From assembly GCF_018350175.1 (NCBI RefSeq), contig NC_058368.1, forward strand, positions 166,162,001-166,226,000: a DNA stretch of 64,000 nt, written 5' to 3'. The position numbers and the translations under genes are program-made. The first letter of the stretch is position 1; each line of letters begins with the position of its first letter. A model generated the notes under the pieces. The model searched no databases and was not told the origin of the DNA. It was given only the letters and a program-made list of their open reading frames with translations. Shown in pieces: positions 41,331-53,819 of this stretch. The DNA is from Felis catus (Eukaryota).

Positions 41331-42726
41331 AAATACAGAAAATAGCCTTGATTGAATAGCCTTAATCAAATAATTTTTCTCCCCCAGCCCAGCCTGTCTC
41401 TCTCTCTCTCAAAAATACTAAATTTATATTTGATACATAATGTTTTACAGGTCACATATTTGTACTTTTTGTGGTATAACTTTTTATTTCAATGCGTTTA
41501 AAACATGAGTTGCTAAGTGTCTTGACTCAATTATTGAAAGATTTCCTGGATAAAATACACATATATAATGCTATAGTTCCAAACTACACTCAATTTTAAA
41601 ACATATTATTCCAAAAGTTTATGAACTTAGCAGTAAAACTGTCTTTTTGATGATACTCTTGCTTTGAATAAAGAAAAAAAATTGTAATTCTTAGGAACTC
41701 AGCATTACTCTCATTCAACCAACATTTTATTCTTTCAAGCTAACCAACAATTGTTTTACCTCATTTTCTTTCTTTTTTACTTTATTGGGGAAGAAAAGCA
41801 GTCTACCCATTGAATTATCTTTACAAGCAGGCAAAAATAAGGCACTTGCTTCTGGATTCACTTTGAGCCTTTCCTTCAACCCATGTAAATTTTCACACCC
41901 AAATTCTTATAAGTCATTTGTTACGCATTTTTCATTTTTAATGATAAGAAATAGTACTTTTTCTTGACATATTTTCTGAAATGTTAAAATGCAATGCAGC
42001 TTAAATCTAAAAAGGCAATAACAACAGGAAGAGTTTCAAGTGTTTGCCGCTAAAAGAAATGAAAATGGTGAAGTGGATGGTTGATCTGCTCAATTGGAAA
42101 GCAGAACTCAAGAGAAAGCCGATTTTTATAAGGATCCTCCTGCTCTTTATCTCATTGCTGCCGACAATTGGCCAACGTAGGTTATATAAAGTATTTGTCA
42201 TTTTAAAACATGGGTCTTAACTCACAGGCTTGCTGCCTAATTATAGGGTTAGTGAAATATTTTAGTGAAAAAAGCTCAAAACTTATAGTTGGATGACCAA
42301 ATTTAAATAATACTCCTACCACTGACTAGGTCAGTACCTTTAACCAACTCTGCTTATTATATTTAGAATTCATTCACAAACACATATCATGTGCCATATT
42401 CAATGTTATCCCCAGCAAGGCCCAGTCAAAGCCCTTAAGCAACTCGCAAGATGGGCAAGTTAGCTACACCAACTAACTATAATCTTATGGTTAAAAAAAT
42501 AACACCCACTGGAATCAAGGATGGGTCAGAGAGCACTTCAGTTATGTGATGGTCATTTTCTCTCATTGAAAATAGAAAAAAATCACAGTTCCATGGAAAA
42601 ATTCCCAGAATTATTATGGGAGTAAGAATGAGAATGTAATTGTATATAAAAGTCCAGTGTTAACTAAAAAGCACTGTCTATGTATGAGGATATTAATGAC
42701 TATTATTTAAGAGTAAGGATTATTTA

Positions 42727-42941
42727 GGGGCACCTGGATGGCTCAGTCAATTAAGCATTCGACTTCAGCTCAGGTCATGATCTCATGACTCATGAGTTCC
42801 AGCCCCATGTGAGGCTCTGTGCTGACAGCTCAGAGCCTGGGGCCTGCTTTGGATTCTGTGTCTCCCTCCCTCTGCCCTTCCCCCTCTGCTTCCTCTGTCT
42901 CTCTCTCAAAAATAAATAAACATTTAAAAAATAATAAATGA
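42727..42941 (+). mobile_element. Can-SINE
   Basis: TSD AAGAGTA.GGA.TATTTA at 42709-42726 and 42942-42959. Confidence 0.96.
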
Positions 42942-43154
42942 AAGAGTATGGACTATTTAACTTTTAAGATAAAAGGATGAATATGGTTCACCTAGCATGA
43001 ACTTTTACCTCTGTTTCCATACTGTAAAGGCTAAATGGAAGGACAGTCAAACTAATAAGTATAATGCTTCTGACTAAAACTCTGGGATTGAGAAGCAAAG
43101 AAAGACCTGAAGAACACTGCAAAAAACATACTTCATAAAAGAGGCTCATGTTTC

Positions 43155-43170
43155 GGGGGGGGGGGGGGGG
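43155..43170 (+). repeat. G16 homopolymer
   Basis: Direct reading. Confidence 0.9.
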
Positions 43171-44839
43171 AATGCATTAAAAGTGATAGGAATTCCTGAA
43201 GAATTTCTTTTTTCTAGAAGTAACTGTTCTCAAATAGATACAGAAAATTCCACTTCTGTTAGCTTTAGGCAAGACCAGTTGTGTTTCCTTAGGTGACAAT
43301 ACTGGGTTATTGGATTAAATGTCCCAGCTCCACAATGACCCTTGTTTTGACTGGATGGTGAGAACTGCCTCCAGGTAAAGAGAGTAAACAGAAATCAAAT
43401 TAGTACCCCTCATTTTCAGTCTACTATAGACTGACTCTGGTTGAGCTGTCATAGGAGTTTTAGGGATGCAGGGCAAGGGACAAAACAGCGCTAGTGGAGG
43501 GGCCAATAAATGTTAACTTCTTTCCACTTACATATAACGGGATGAAATTTGCAAAATAAAATAAAAATAACAGGTAGAAAAATAATGTGCACTTTCCAGG
43601 ACATTCCATGAGCACTTAGAATGACAAAATGAAGCCAAATGTTCACAAAGTCCAACTACTTTCAAAGTAGAGTTTAATTCACTAATAGGAAGACCTTCTC
43701 CAACAACTGCTTGTTGAATCTCCAGTAGAAAGGATCAACAATCAGGTGAGCGCTATGGATGTTGACAGTAGGATTTTAGCATTCTGTGTCACTTAGGCAT
43801 TTATATCACTATATGAACCTTTCAGGTCACCTAGCTGTCATCAGGAATTAATCAGAGGTCAAAGAGGGTATGAGTGTTTAGGTCCAAAGGCAGAGCTAAC
43901 TGGTTCCTGTTTTATCTAGAAAAAAAGCAATTCCCCAAAATCCAACTGGGCCAGACTGGGATATGGAGATAGCTGTCATATTTGCCTGGTTGGGTAAAGG
44001 AGGGTCGGGTCCAGCCAAATCTGAATTCTGAGTGACTGTATATGGATACAAATTATTTCTCTCCAGTAACCAATGTATGTTGCTACTGTGCATTAATATA
44101 GGTGAGAATCTTCCCTCATGTAAAAAATTGGAACTCTGCAGAACATGAAAACAGAAAATTTATAAGTTGATATAATAGAGTTGCTGGTGACCTTTGCTAT
44201 GCCCCACCTGAATAATTACACTCTTCTTAGAAAATTAAAATAATAAGCAATTCAAAGCATACTGAGACATTTTTGGAATAACTGGACCAGAAAACAGTGT
44301 CAAAAATCATTTGCTAGAAGTTAGACAGTGTTCTTGCAGGAGTTCCTGAGCTCAGCATTTGTTTCACAACAATACACATTTCCCAACATGAAGAAAAAAA
44401 AACAGAAGTCATATAAAACTGATGATCTAACCCAGAAAATACATTCTAGTAACTTCAAGTCTGACATTCACAACCAGTATTTTTTAATTTACTTCACATG
44501 TCCTGGGCACTCATCATTTGTTGAGTTCCAACAAAACAGTCAACACTTAACTTCAACATAGGACGGAATCGTATGGGAAGAGGTATTTGATTATCAGGAG
44601 TTATTTTCCTTCAAATCTGAAATTCCCTATCTGGATTGAACTTTTTGCATTGCTCAATAATTATCATTATTTTATCTGGAAGATTTGGGTATATAGAAAT
44701 TATAGCTAAATACATGGAGTAAAGAGAAAATTACAGGAATGAGCAATGAAAAAAGAGCTTTTATTCCTTTAGCGGTTTTCAGAAGTCTTCTACTTTATCG
44801 AAAATAGGAAACGATTTTGGGATACACTTTTAAACTTTT

Positions 44840-45830
44840 TGCTGAAGCAAAAAGTATGTGTAATCAAATGCACATAAGTATAAACCCTGATGAATTTTTT
44901 GCAGATCAAATTTACCAGTTGTACCCAGCACATAGATTAAGAACCCACCTCAGATTCCCCTTACCCACCACCCAACCAGTACCACTAGCCTGATTTCAAT
45001 GCTATCAATTGATTTTGCTTGCTTTTGTACTTTGTTTCAATGGAACAGTCCTCTTTTGTGTCTGACATCTTGTGTGAAATTCATTCATATTGTTGTTTGT
45101 TGTTTTAGATCATTTATTCTCATTGCTGGGTATTATTTATTCCATTCTCCAGATTAGTTACATGGTGGTTTCCAGATTTTTTTTCTACTGGAATCAATGT
45201 TGTTAAGAAGATTCTGATCGATGTCTTTTGGTGAATACTTGGGCACACTTCTGTTAGAAATCTACCTAGAAGTTGAACTGTTGTGTAACAAGGTAGATGC
45301 ATGTTTAAATTTACACGAAACTTCCCAAAAGTTCTGAGTGATTTTGCTGAGTTGCACTTCCATAGTGTAAGTTGTATCACATCCTCACCAATGCTGGATG
45401 CTATCTGTTTAAGTCTATTCTGCTAATGGTGCAGCGGTACCAACTGCATTTTTAATGTGCACCTCCATGTAAGTAATGAAGTTGAACACCTTTTCATAAG
45501 TTAATTAACCGCTTTGAGTTTTCTTTTGTGAATTGTCCAGTCAAGACTTTTGTCTAGTTTCTATTCAACTGTCTTTTTCTTAATGATTTGTATGACGTTT
45601 TTTCATAAACTGAATTTACGTTCTTTTGCCATTTCATTTCCATGATGGAGTACGTTAAAGAACGAAGTTCTGTTGTCTATTAGAGTCCAATTTATATACT
45701 TTTTCTGACTAGAGTTTTGTGACCAATTTAAGAAATATTTGCCTACTCCAGGACTAAGAAGCTGATTTCCACTAAATTTTTTAAGGTTCTAATTTTCATA
45801 TCCATATCTGAAATTTCACTGAAATGCATT
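44840..45830 (-). mobile_element. very old L1 (L1ME-like)
   Basis: ACATCCTCACCAA, TAATGAAGTTGAACACCTTTTCATA, TTTAAGAAAT..TTGCCTACTCCA. Confidence 0.75.
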
Positions 45831-46582
45831 TTTTAAAATGATTTATTCCCCTTGTATTTAGTGTCTCAAGTGTATACAGACATACACATACACACAACAC
45901 ACACACACTCATATATTATACACGCACATTCATTTTCTTCACAAAAGCTGTTACAGTGAATCTCCATTTAATTTGTTTTTTAGTAAAATACACCTCTTCC
46001 TTTGGCATATGTGTGCTTTTGGCAGTTGTGCAATTTGCACAAATCCAGTATAGGTAAATAAGCATACTCTATTTCATGTCTATTTTAAGAAAAATCAATG
46101 AAATAGTCAACTCACTAAGAGTTACTATTAAATTGCACATAACATGAAACACAACATTGCCACAATCTCTTACAGTTTTCTATTAATTTAATTTAAAATT
46201 ATTTAAAACTATTCATTTCAACTAAGCTCATACACTTTGACATGTAGAAATATTCAAATAATACTTAACAAAAGGCAACATTTGCAATTCTTTAAATCAG
46301 CAAATATTTTCTATTACAAAGCAAAAGCATGTTGATGCTACCTACAATACCTTAATAAAACTTGTTAAATAACTTAATATGTACTGTGAATTCAAATATC
46401 AGGATACTTACAAAGATTAAAAACAAAGAATGGAGTAGATTTTGGTTAGTATAGCAACTGCTCTTCCTCTGAAAGAGATATTTTCTGCATTCATTATATT
46501 CCTATATGTATATGTCTACAGGTACAGGTATGTGTACACACATATACAAACAAGCACACACACAAATATATTTATCAAGAAC

Positions 46583-46695
46583 ATTTTTTTTTATTTATGT
46601 TTCTTAAGTACTCTCTATGCCCAATGTGGGTCTCGAACTCAGGACCGTGAGATGAAGAGTCACATGCTCTACTAACTGAGCCAGCCAGGCACCCC
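46583..46695 (-). mobile_element. short tRNA-derived Can-SINE
   Basis: AAGAGTCACATGCTCTACTAACTGAGCCAGCCAGGCACCCC. Confidence 0.9.
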
Positions 46696-47087
46696 TTATT
46701 TTTTTTATTTATATGTGTGAATATATATGGCAATAAACATTCTACAATTTTTTTAATTCACTAAATCACACTTTTGCTATTACTACCCCTGGGAAGAGAG
46801 ACATGAGATAAAGCAATCATAACAGAACTTATTCAAGCTTGATTAGTATACTTCCGATAAAAGAGAAATTAAGAACTAATTTGTGAAACATCATTCTCCT
46901 TTAGTGTCATTACCTTTAATTTATTTCCTTTCTTTTTCCATCAAGAAAATGTCAAGTAGTCCTAATTATATGATACAAGAGAAATCCTAAACACTGACCA
47001 CTCGAAATTGTGCTATTTCTCTACGCATAACTTTTATCAGGGGTCTTGTTCCTAAATTTCCCTGTACAATAAGAGAGAAATAGAGAT

Positions 47088-47092
<5 letters not shown>

Positions 47093-47144
<52 letters not shown>
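47093..47144. repeat. (GA)26 microsatellite
   Basis: Perfect dinucleotide run. Confidence 0.95.
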
Positions 47145-47146
<2 letters not shown>

Positions 47147-47864
47147 ATACCTGTTCAAGAAGATGAGTCCGCAAAATAAGGAATACCTTATTTTGACTAA
47201 GAATTAAATGCATAGGACAGAATAAGAAAAAAAGGTATTACTCTCTTCTCAGAAATAAGTACATTTTTTATATCTTCCTCCATCTATAAAATTCCTTGCT
47301 AATTTTGAATTCCACATTCCAAAGAATTCAGATTGCTTTACAATAGTCTATCTTTTAGCTTCTCTGATATCCTGTAAGGAGTAAAATGGTATGTTAAAAC
47401 AAAAACTTTGCTAAACAATTATTAACATTACATTATCTCTTTTACATTCCTGTACTTCAGAAGTTTAAAAATAACAACGAAATATTTAATGGGATCATAG
47501 AAGGCAGAATGGTAATTACTTTCAATATAATTTCTGTATATTCATGATGAGGATTAATAGTAAAGCTTGCCCAATGTAGCATGGGACCACCTAATGCCAG
47601 AATCATGTGCTAATCAGATCAATTTGTGGTCCTACTATCCTCCGCAGGACTTAACATTAGGTATCAGTCTCAGTTATGGCTGTGTTGCTCCCCATTGTTA
47701 CTAGCACTGTGCCTGACAGGAACAAGATATTCACATATATTTACATTAGTGACCTATTGGCAGCACTGAAGAATCTGGATGGATGTGCTCAAAGTCCCTG
47801 TGCATCTCTACCCATGATTAGAAACAGCTTTTGTGAGATCAATTTGTGAAACAATTTGTGAAAT

Positions 47865-48340
47865 CATTTCTATTGGTGCTGCAACTAATTACCACAAATT
47901 TAGTGGCTTAAAACAATGCAAATACATTCTCTTACAGTTCTGAAGTCTAGAAGTCCAGAATTAGTTTCATCCCAAGATAGGGAGCCATGAACCCTCTAAA
48001 GGTTTGAAGGAAAGATCTGTTTTCTTACCTTTTACAACATCTTGAACTACATTCCTTGTATTCCTTGACTTGTGGCGCTTTCCCTCATCCTCAAAGCCAA
48101 CAGCATTGTAACGTGTTTGAATCATCACATTGCCTTCTGTTTCTGTGTCATTCTTACTCTGTCTCCCAGGACATTCTTGACTGCATTAGGTCCCACCTGG
48201 ATAATCTAGGCTAGTGTTCCCATCTGAAGACCCTTAACTATTTACATTTGCAAAATCTCTTTTGCTATATACTGAAAATTCATGGGTTCCAGGTATTTGG
48301 ACCCAGGTATCTTTGAGGGCCATTATTCAGCAAGCCACTA
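47865..48340 (-). mobile_element. MaLR LTR (MLT1C/D-like)
   Basis: ATTACCACAAATTTAGTGGCTTAAAACAA..TCTTACAGTTCTG; CCCACCTGGATAATC; GGGCCATTATTCAG. Confidence 0.85.
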
Positions 48341-48639
48341 GGACATAAATTACAATAATCACAAAATATTGATAAATACCATAATATTTACATGAATTAA
48401 CTCCCTTTCACACTACTATAATATATTCCACTGCCTTTGTCAGTATGCTCTTTGACTGATTCTTCATATGACAACATTTTATATTTTTTTTCTATTTAGA
48501 CAACAGAAATATGACTGGTTCTTTCCTCTAGCACAGTTAATCAAAACATGTTTTTATTATTCTTATTATCAACACTTGGGATGCCTGAAATATCTGATAC
48601 CATACATATCTATATGCATGATCCAGGTTTGTACCTTAT

Positions 48640-49300
48640 GAATTTTTGATATTCTATCAAAAATCACATGGAACATATACTTAAATACCCTGCAAGAAGG
48701 AAGTTATCTTTTGAGTAGATGTTGATAAATTTGCTGTAAACCAAACTTTATACAACTGACGCTGGGAAGTTTTTTGCTCCATTTGGTTCTCCTCCCACTC
48801 TTCCCACACCAGGCACCACAGGACTCATCCATACCACAATGCCACCTAGCCTTTTGTGACTCCATACTATGCTGTGTAGTCAACACTATGAGCTGCAGAA
48901 GTATTTCTAGAACTCATCCCTACATTGGGCACGTAACAATAATTTAGCCAGACATAAAAGAAATGTGAACCATATAATTATACCCTTTTAAATTCAAACT
49001 GAATATATTCCAACTTTCCCTTAGCTGGATCCAAAAAAAAAAAAAAAAAAGACTCATGGTGCCATGGTGCCATCAGTGAGCCATGACACAGGGGAAGTGA
49101 AAATGAGGGGAAGTCAGAGTGGAAAGAAACAGTGGTTTTAAATAGTTATCGTTAAAATATCTTACTTCAACAAAATTTACAAAAACATATGTCTTTGTGA
49201 CCCATTGCCAAGGCTCCCCGCTCCAGGGCCTAAGGCGGGGGCCATGAAATGAAAAGCCATGCAGCTAAAGCTACTTGGCTTTATAGGAATTCTGCCTCCA
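48640..49300. mobile_element. hAT-Tip100 remnant (Zaphod/MER115-like)
   Basis: CCCTTAGCTGGATCC; GGAAGTCAGAGTGGAAAGAAACAGTGG; TTAAAATATCTTACT. Confidence 0.6.
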
Positions 49301-49758
49301 TTACCTTGTAAGAACTTCTTTCTGCATACCACTTACAAATCAGTTAGTAAATTTGTTAGTAATAACAAATCAGCTTAAGTAACAAAAAAACAAACACTCT
49401 TAAATGGTTTGAAGTCCTCATCATTTTCTACCTGTATGAATGTATTGCAATCTTATTCATATTAGCACATGTGTGAACTCCACTAAACTCAACTGCTGTC
49501 TACCTTTTGATTATTTTATGATCTTTTCAAGTGCTTTTAGCTAGCCTCATTAATTTGAAATAACTGGAAAGAAAGTACTCCTTGAATTAGTAAGTTATAT
49601 GAACTATGGAGTCTTTTTTTCAAAGAAGTATACATTTAGTGCTTCAAGTAGCTGCAGTAGCAGAAAAAGCTTAACAAAAAAGCATAGAGCTCTTATTTGG
49701 GCATATTATACCATAGAGATGCAGAAGATTTTAAAAAAGCATATTCTCATTCTGTATT

Positions 49759-50177
49759 TGTTTTAGACACTTACAAATAGATTAAGTAAAAGATTATCCT
49801 TTTTTGTTGTTGATTAGATATATTTCCTCTGCAATATTTCATAATGCTAATTAGTTTTGACCAATCTGGATGAAAAATCCATGAACTTGACCAAAACCAA
49901 GCTTCTCTCCTTCCCAAAGGCCCCAGGTTTTGGCCCACCCTTGAGCTAAAGCAAGCACTGGAACACAGATCAACTTTAAGAGACCCTTTTATAAAGATCA
50001 AAGAAAAATATTCCCTTTTTAGTAATTCAGTAGGAGTACCTGCCTACCCAACTCAAACCACCACCAGTTATTTCTAGCTTTATTTACTGTTCCAATCTTG
50101 TAGTTGGAATATTCTCCCTATTGTAATAATATTTTAAAATAAAGTCTTTCCTGCTTGCCTGTATATTTTACTTGGCA
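49759..50177 (+). mobile_element. solo LTR (ERV1-like)
   Basis: TG...CA; CTCCCTATTGTAATA..AATAAAGTCT near 3' end. Confidence 0.55.
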
Positions 50178-50299
50178 GCATGTTAAGTTGCCCATTAACT
50201 TTCAAAAATCCAAATTATCTTCGAGTCCATATGACTGTGAATTAAATACTAGTTAATTTCAAATTAATAAGATTTCATTTTCTTTATATCCTAAAACCT

Positions 50300-52293
50300 G
50301 TTTATTTTATTGAGATACAATCAACATAACATAAAATTCACCAGTTTAACTATTTTTAAATGTACATTTAATTGGCTTTTCGGATATTCATAATAATGTA
50401 CAACCACCAACATTATCTAATTCCAGAATATTTTCATGATCCCCTAAACAGGCCCAACAGACCCAATATCCATTAATCAGTCACTCCACATTCCCTTCTC
50501 CTTCCAGACCCAAGAACCATTCATCTCATTTCTGTCTATACATACTTGCGTATTATAGGCATTCTATATAAATGGAATCATATAATATGCAGCCTTTTGT
50601 GTCTTTTTACTTATATTTTCAGGGTTCATCCATGTTGTGGCATATATCAGTTATTTCAGTCCCTTCTATGGCAGAATAATAGTCCACTTTATGAAATGCC
50701 ATATATTGTTTACCCGCTCCTTATCCGATGGGCATTTGGGTTGTTCTACCTTTTAGTTACCACAAAAAATGCTGATAAGAATATTAACATACAAGTTTTT
50801 GTCTGGAGATTGATTTTCAATTTAAGGTATTTTGTTTAATTATCTTTGAGACAGAGAGAGAACATGAACAGGGAAGGGGTAGAGAAATAGAACCCCAAGT
50901 AGGCTCCACACTGTCAGTGCAGAACCTGATGGATGCGGGGCTCGAACTCACAAACCTTGAGATCATGACCCGAGCCGAAATCAGGAGTTGGACGTTTAAC
51001 CAACTGAGCCACCCAGTGCCCCTGGACATTAATTTTCAATTTTCTTGAGCTTAAGGATGGGAGTGAAACTGCTAAGTCACATGGTAACTCTATGTTTAAC
51101 TTTTTGAAGAAAGGCTAAACTGTTTTTCATAGTCGCTGAATCATCTTCTATAACCACCACTAATGTATGAAGATCCAAATTTCCCACATTTTTGCCAACA
51201 TGTTTTCTTTTGTTTTCTATTTTTATTTGGTGTAGAATCTCACTGTTACTTCAATTTGCATTTCCTTAATGAATAATGATGTTGACCATCACTTTCTTAT
51301 GCTTACTGGCCATTGTATATTCTCTATGGAGAAATGTCTATTCAAGTCTCTTGTCCGTTTTTAAAACTGGGTTGTCTTTTTATCATTCAGGTGAAAGTAT
51401 TTTTTATATATTCTCATTATTAGACCCTTAACAGATATATGATTTGCAAATATTTTGTCCTATCCTATGGGTTGATTTTTAACTTTTTTGATATCATACA
51501 CTGATGTAATTTTTTAATGAAGTCTATTCCCTTTCTCTCTCTCTCTCTCTCTCTCTTTTTTTCTGTTGCTCTGGCTTGTTTTTGGTATCATATCTAAAAT
51601 CCCACTGCCATATCTAAAGTCATGAAAATTTACCATATCCCAATTTCATTCTTTTGTATGGGTAACAAATTCATTTGTAGTTTTCCTACAATCCTGTGAA
51701 TGGTCTTGGCCTCAAAAATCAACATACCAAGAACATATAGGTTTATTGCTGGACTTTCAAGTTTATTATATAATTCTATATGACTACCCTTATCCCAGGA
51801 TCACATTACTTTGGACACTGAAGATCCGTAATAGTTTTGAAACTTGGAAGAGTCAGTTCTCTCTCCAATTTTGTTCTTTTTTCAAGATTGTTTCAACTAT
51901 TCTGGGTCTCTTGCAATACCACATGAATTTTAGGATCCGTTTATCCATTTCTTCAAAAAATGCAGTTAGACGTTTGATAAGGATTGCATTGAACTGCATT
52001 GGGACATACTGTCTTAACAATATTACATTTTTGAGTACATAAACCTGGTTGGAATTTCTATATACTTAGGTCATTTTTAATTTCTGTCAATAATGTTTTG
52101 ATTCTAGAGTATAAATCTTATACTTGGTTAAATTTATTTCAAATTAGCTTACTGTTTTTATCCTTTGTAATCTGAATTGTTTTATTAATTTGATTTTCAA
52201 ATTGTTCTTTGCTAGTGTACTAAAATGCAATTGATTTTAGTATGTTGATCTTATATCTGTAACTCAACTAATTTTTTATTTGTTATAATAAGT
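50300..52293 (-). mobile_element. L1MB-like element (3' end to ORF2 RT region)
   Basis: TTTATTGAGATACAATC..CATAACATAAAATTCACC 3' end; antisense ORF2 motifs to 52293. Confidence 0.9.
50824..51022 (-). mobile_element. Can-SINE nested in L1
   Basis: TSD TGGA.ATT.ATTTTCAATTT at 50804-50823 and 51023-51042. Confidence 0.95.
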
Positions 52294-53512
52294 ATACAGA
52301 TTGGGAAGTAAGAAATAAACTGTCTTTGTTCACAGAAGATATGACTGTTGTGTACAATATCTGAGAGAACAGAAAAAAGTCTGCTACTACTAAGTGATTA
52401 TAGTAAGGTAACAGGATACAAGGTTAATATAGAAAAGTCAACTGCTTTCCTATACACTAACACCTAGAAACTGAAATTTGAAATAAAAAACACAATGCCA
52501 TTTAGATCAGCACGCACTAAAATGAAGTACTTCAGAGTAAATCTCACAAACTATGCACAAGGTCTATCTAAGGAAAAAGACAAAATCTATTAAATGAATA
52601 CATTAAAAACCTAAATAAATGGGGAGATATTCCATGTTCATGGAAAGAAAAACCCAATATTGTAAAGTCAGTTTTTCCCAACTTGATCTATGGATTCAAT
52701 GCAGTTCCCTAAGTCCCAGAAAGTTATTTTACAGATACCTTCAAAGTGATTCTAAAGTTTACATGGGAGGCAGGGAGGGGCAAAAGACCCAAAATAATCA
52801 ATACAATATTTGAAGAGAAAAATCATGTTGGAGGATGGACTTTACTCCAAGGCTTATTATAAAGCTACAACAATCAACACAGTGTGGTACTGGTGAAAGA
52901 GTAGAGAAATAGATGAATAGAACATAATAGGGAGTCCAGAAATAGACCCCCAAGAAATATAGTGAATTTATTTTTGGACAAATGGTGCTGGAGCAACTGG
53001 ACATTCACACACCAAAAAACGAATCAACACAGGCCTTACAACCTTCATAAAAGTTAACTCAAAATGGACCATCAACCTAAATGTAAAATGCAAAATTAGA
53101 AACCTTCTAGAAAAATACATAGGAAAAAGTTAGATAACCTTGGGAATGGTGGGGCCTTTTTAGACACAAAAAAAAGGCAGAAACCATGAAAGAAATAATT
53201 GATAATCTTGGCTTTATTAAAATTAAAAACTTCTGTTCTGTAAAAGATAATGTCAAGATAATGAGACAAAAAGCCACAGACTGGGAAAAATCATTTTCAA
53301 AAGACACATCTGATAAAGCACTATTATCCAAAATATACAAAGAACTCTTAAAACTCAAAAGTAAGAAAACAACCTGATTTTTACAAATGGGCCAAAGTCC
53401 TTAATAAACACCTCACCAAAGATGTCATATGGAGGGCAAAAAAGCATATAAAAACACAATGGAAATTAAACAATGCATCACTACTATTCACTTACTAGAA
53501 TGGCCAAAATCC
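52294..53512 (+). mobile_element. L1 ORF2 fragment (L1MC/MD-like), truncated at both ends
   Basis: IQIGK..LSLFTEDM (FADDM-like), GYKVN, IKIKNFCSVKD..RQKATDWEK. Confidence 0.9.
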
Positions 53513-53819
53513 ATGTTAAATGAGAACGGGAAAGTGGCCCCTTCCCTGAGTCATGTTCTCAGGAACACTCTGGAACTTCTCGATTTTGGCATTTTAATTA
53601 GAACTAAGCTGTAAAACAGAACTAATCACCTCCATCCTTGGGACAATCACAACTTATTTTCCCAGTCACTTTTGGGATCAGATTGACCACAACTGCTATC
53701 TCACCCACACAAATATGAAATCACTGTCACGTCCCTGAGAGATGGCTGCCCAAGACTGGGACAGAAGTTCATAACAATTACATATTTGTATATATTGCAA
53801 AATGATCACCACAATACAG

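Noticed and set aside
46026..46042. Palindrome TTGTGCAA-T-TTGCACAA
   Set aside because: 8-bp arms are expected by chance in 64 kb
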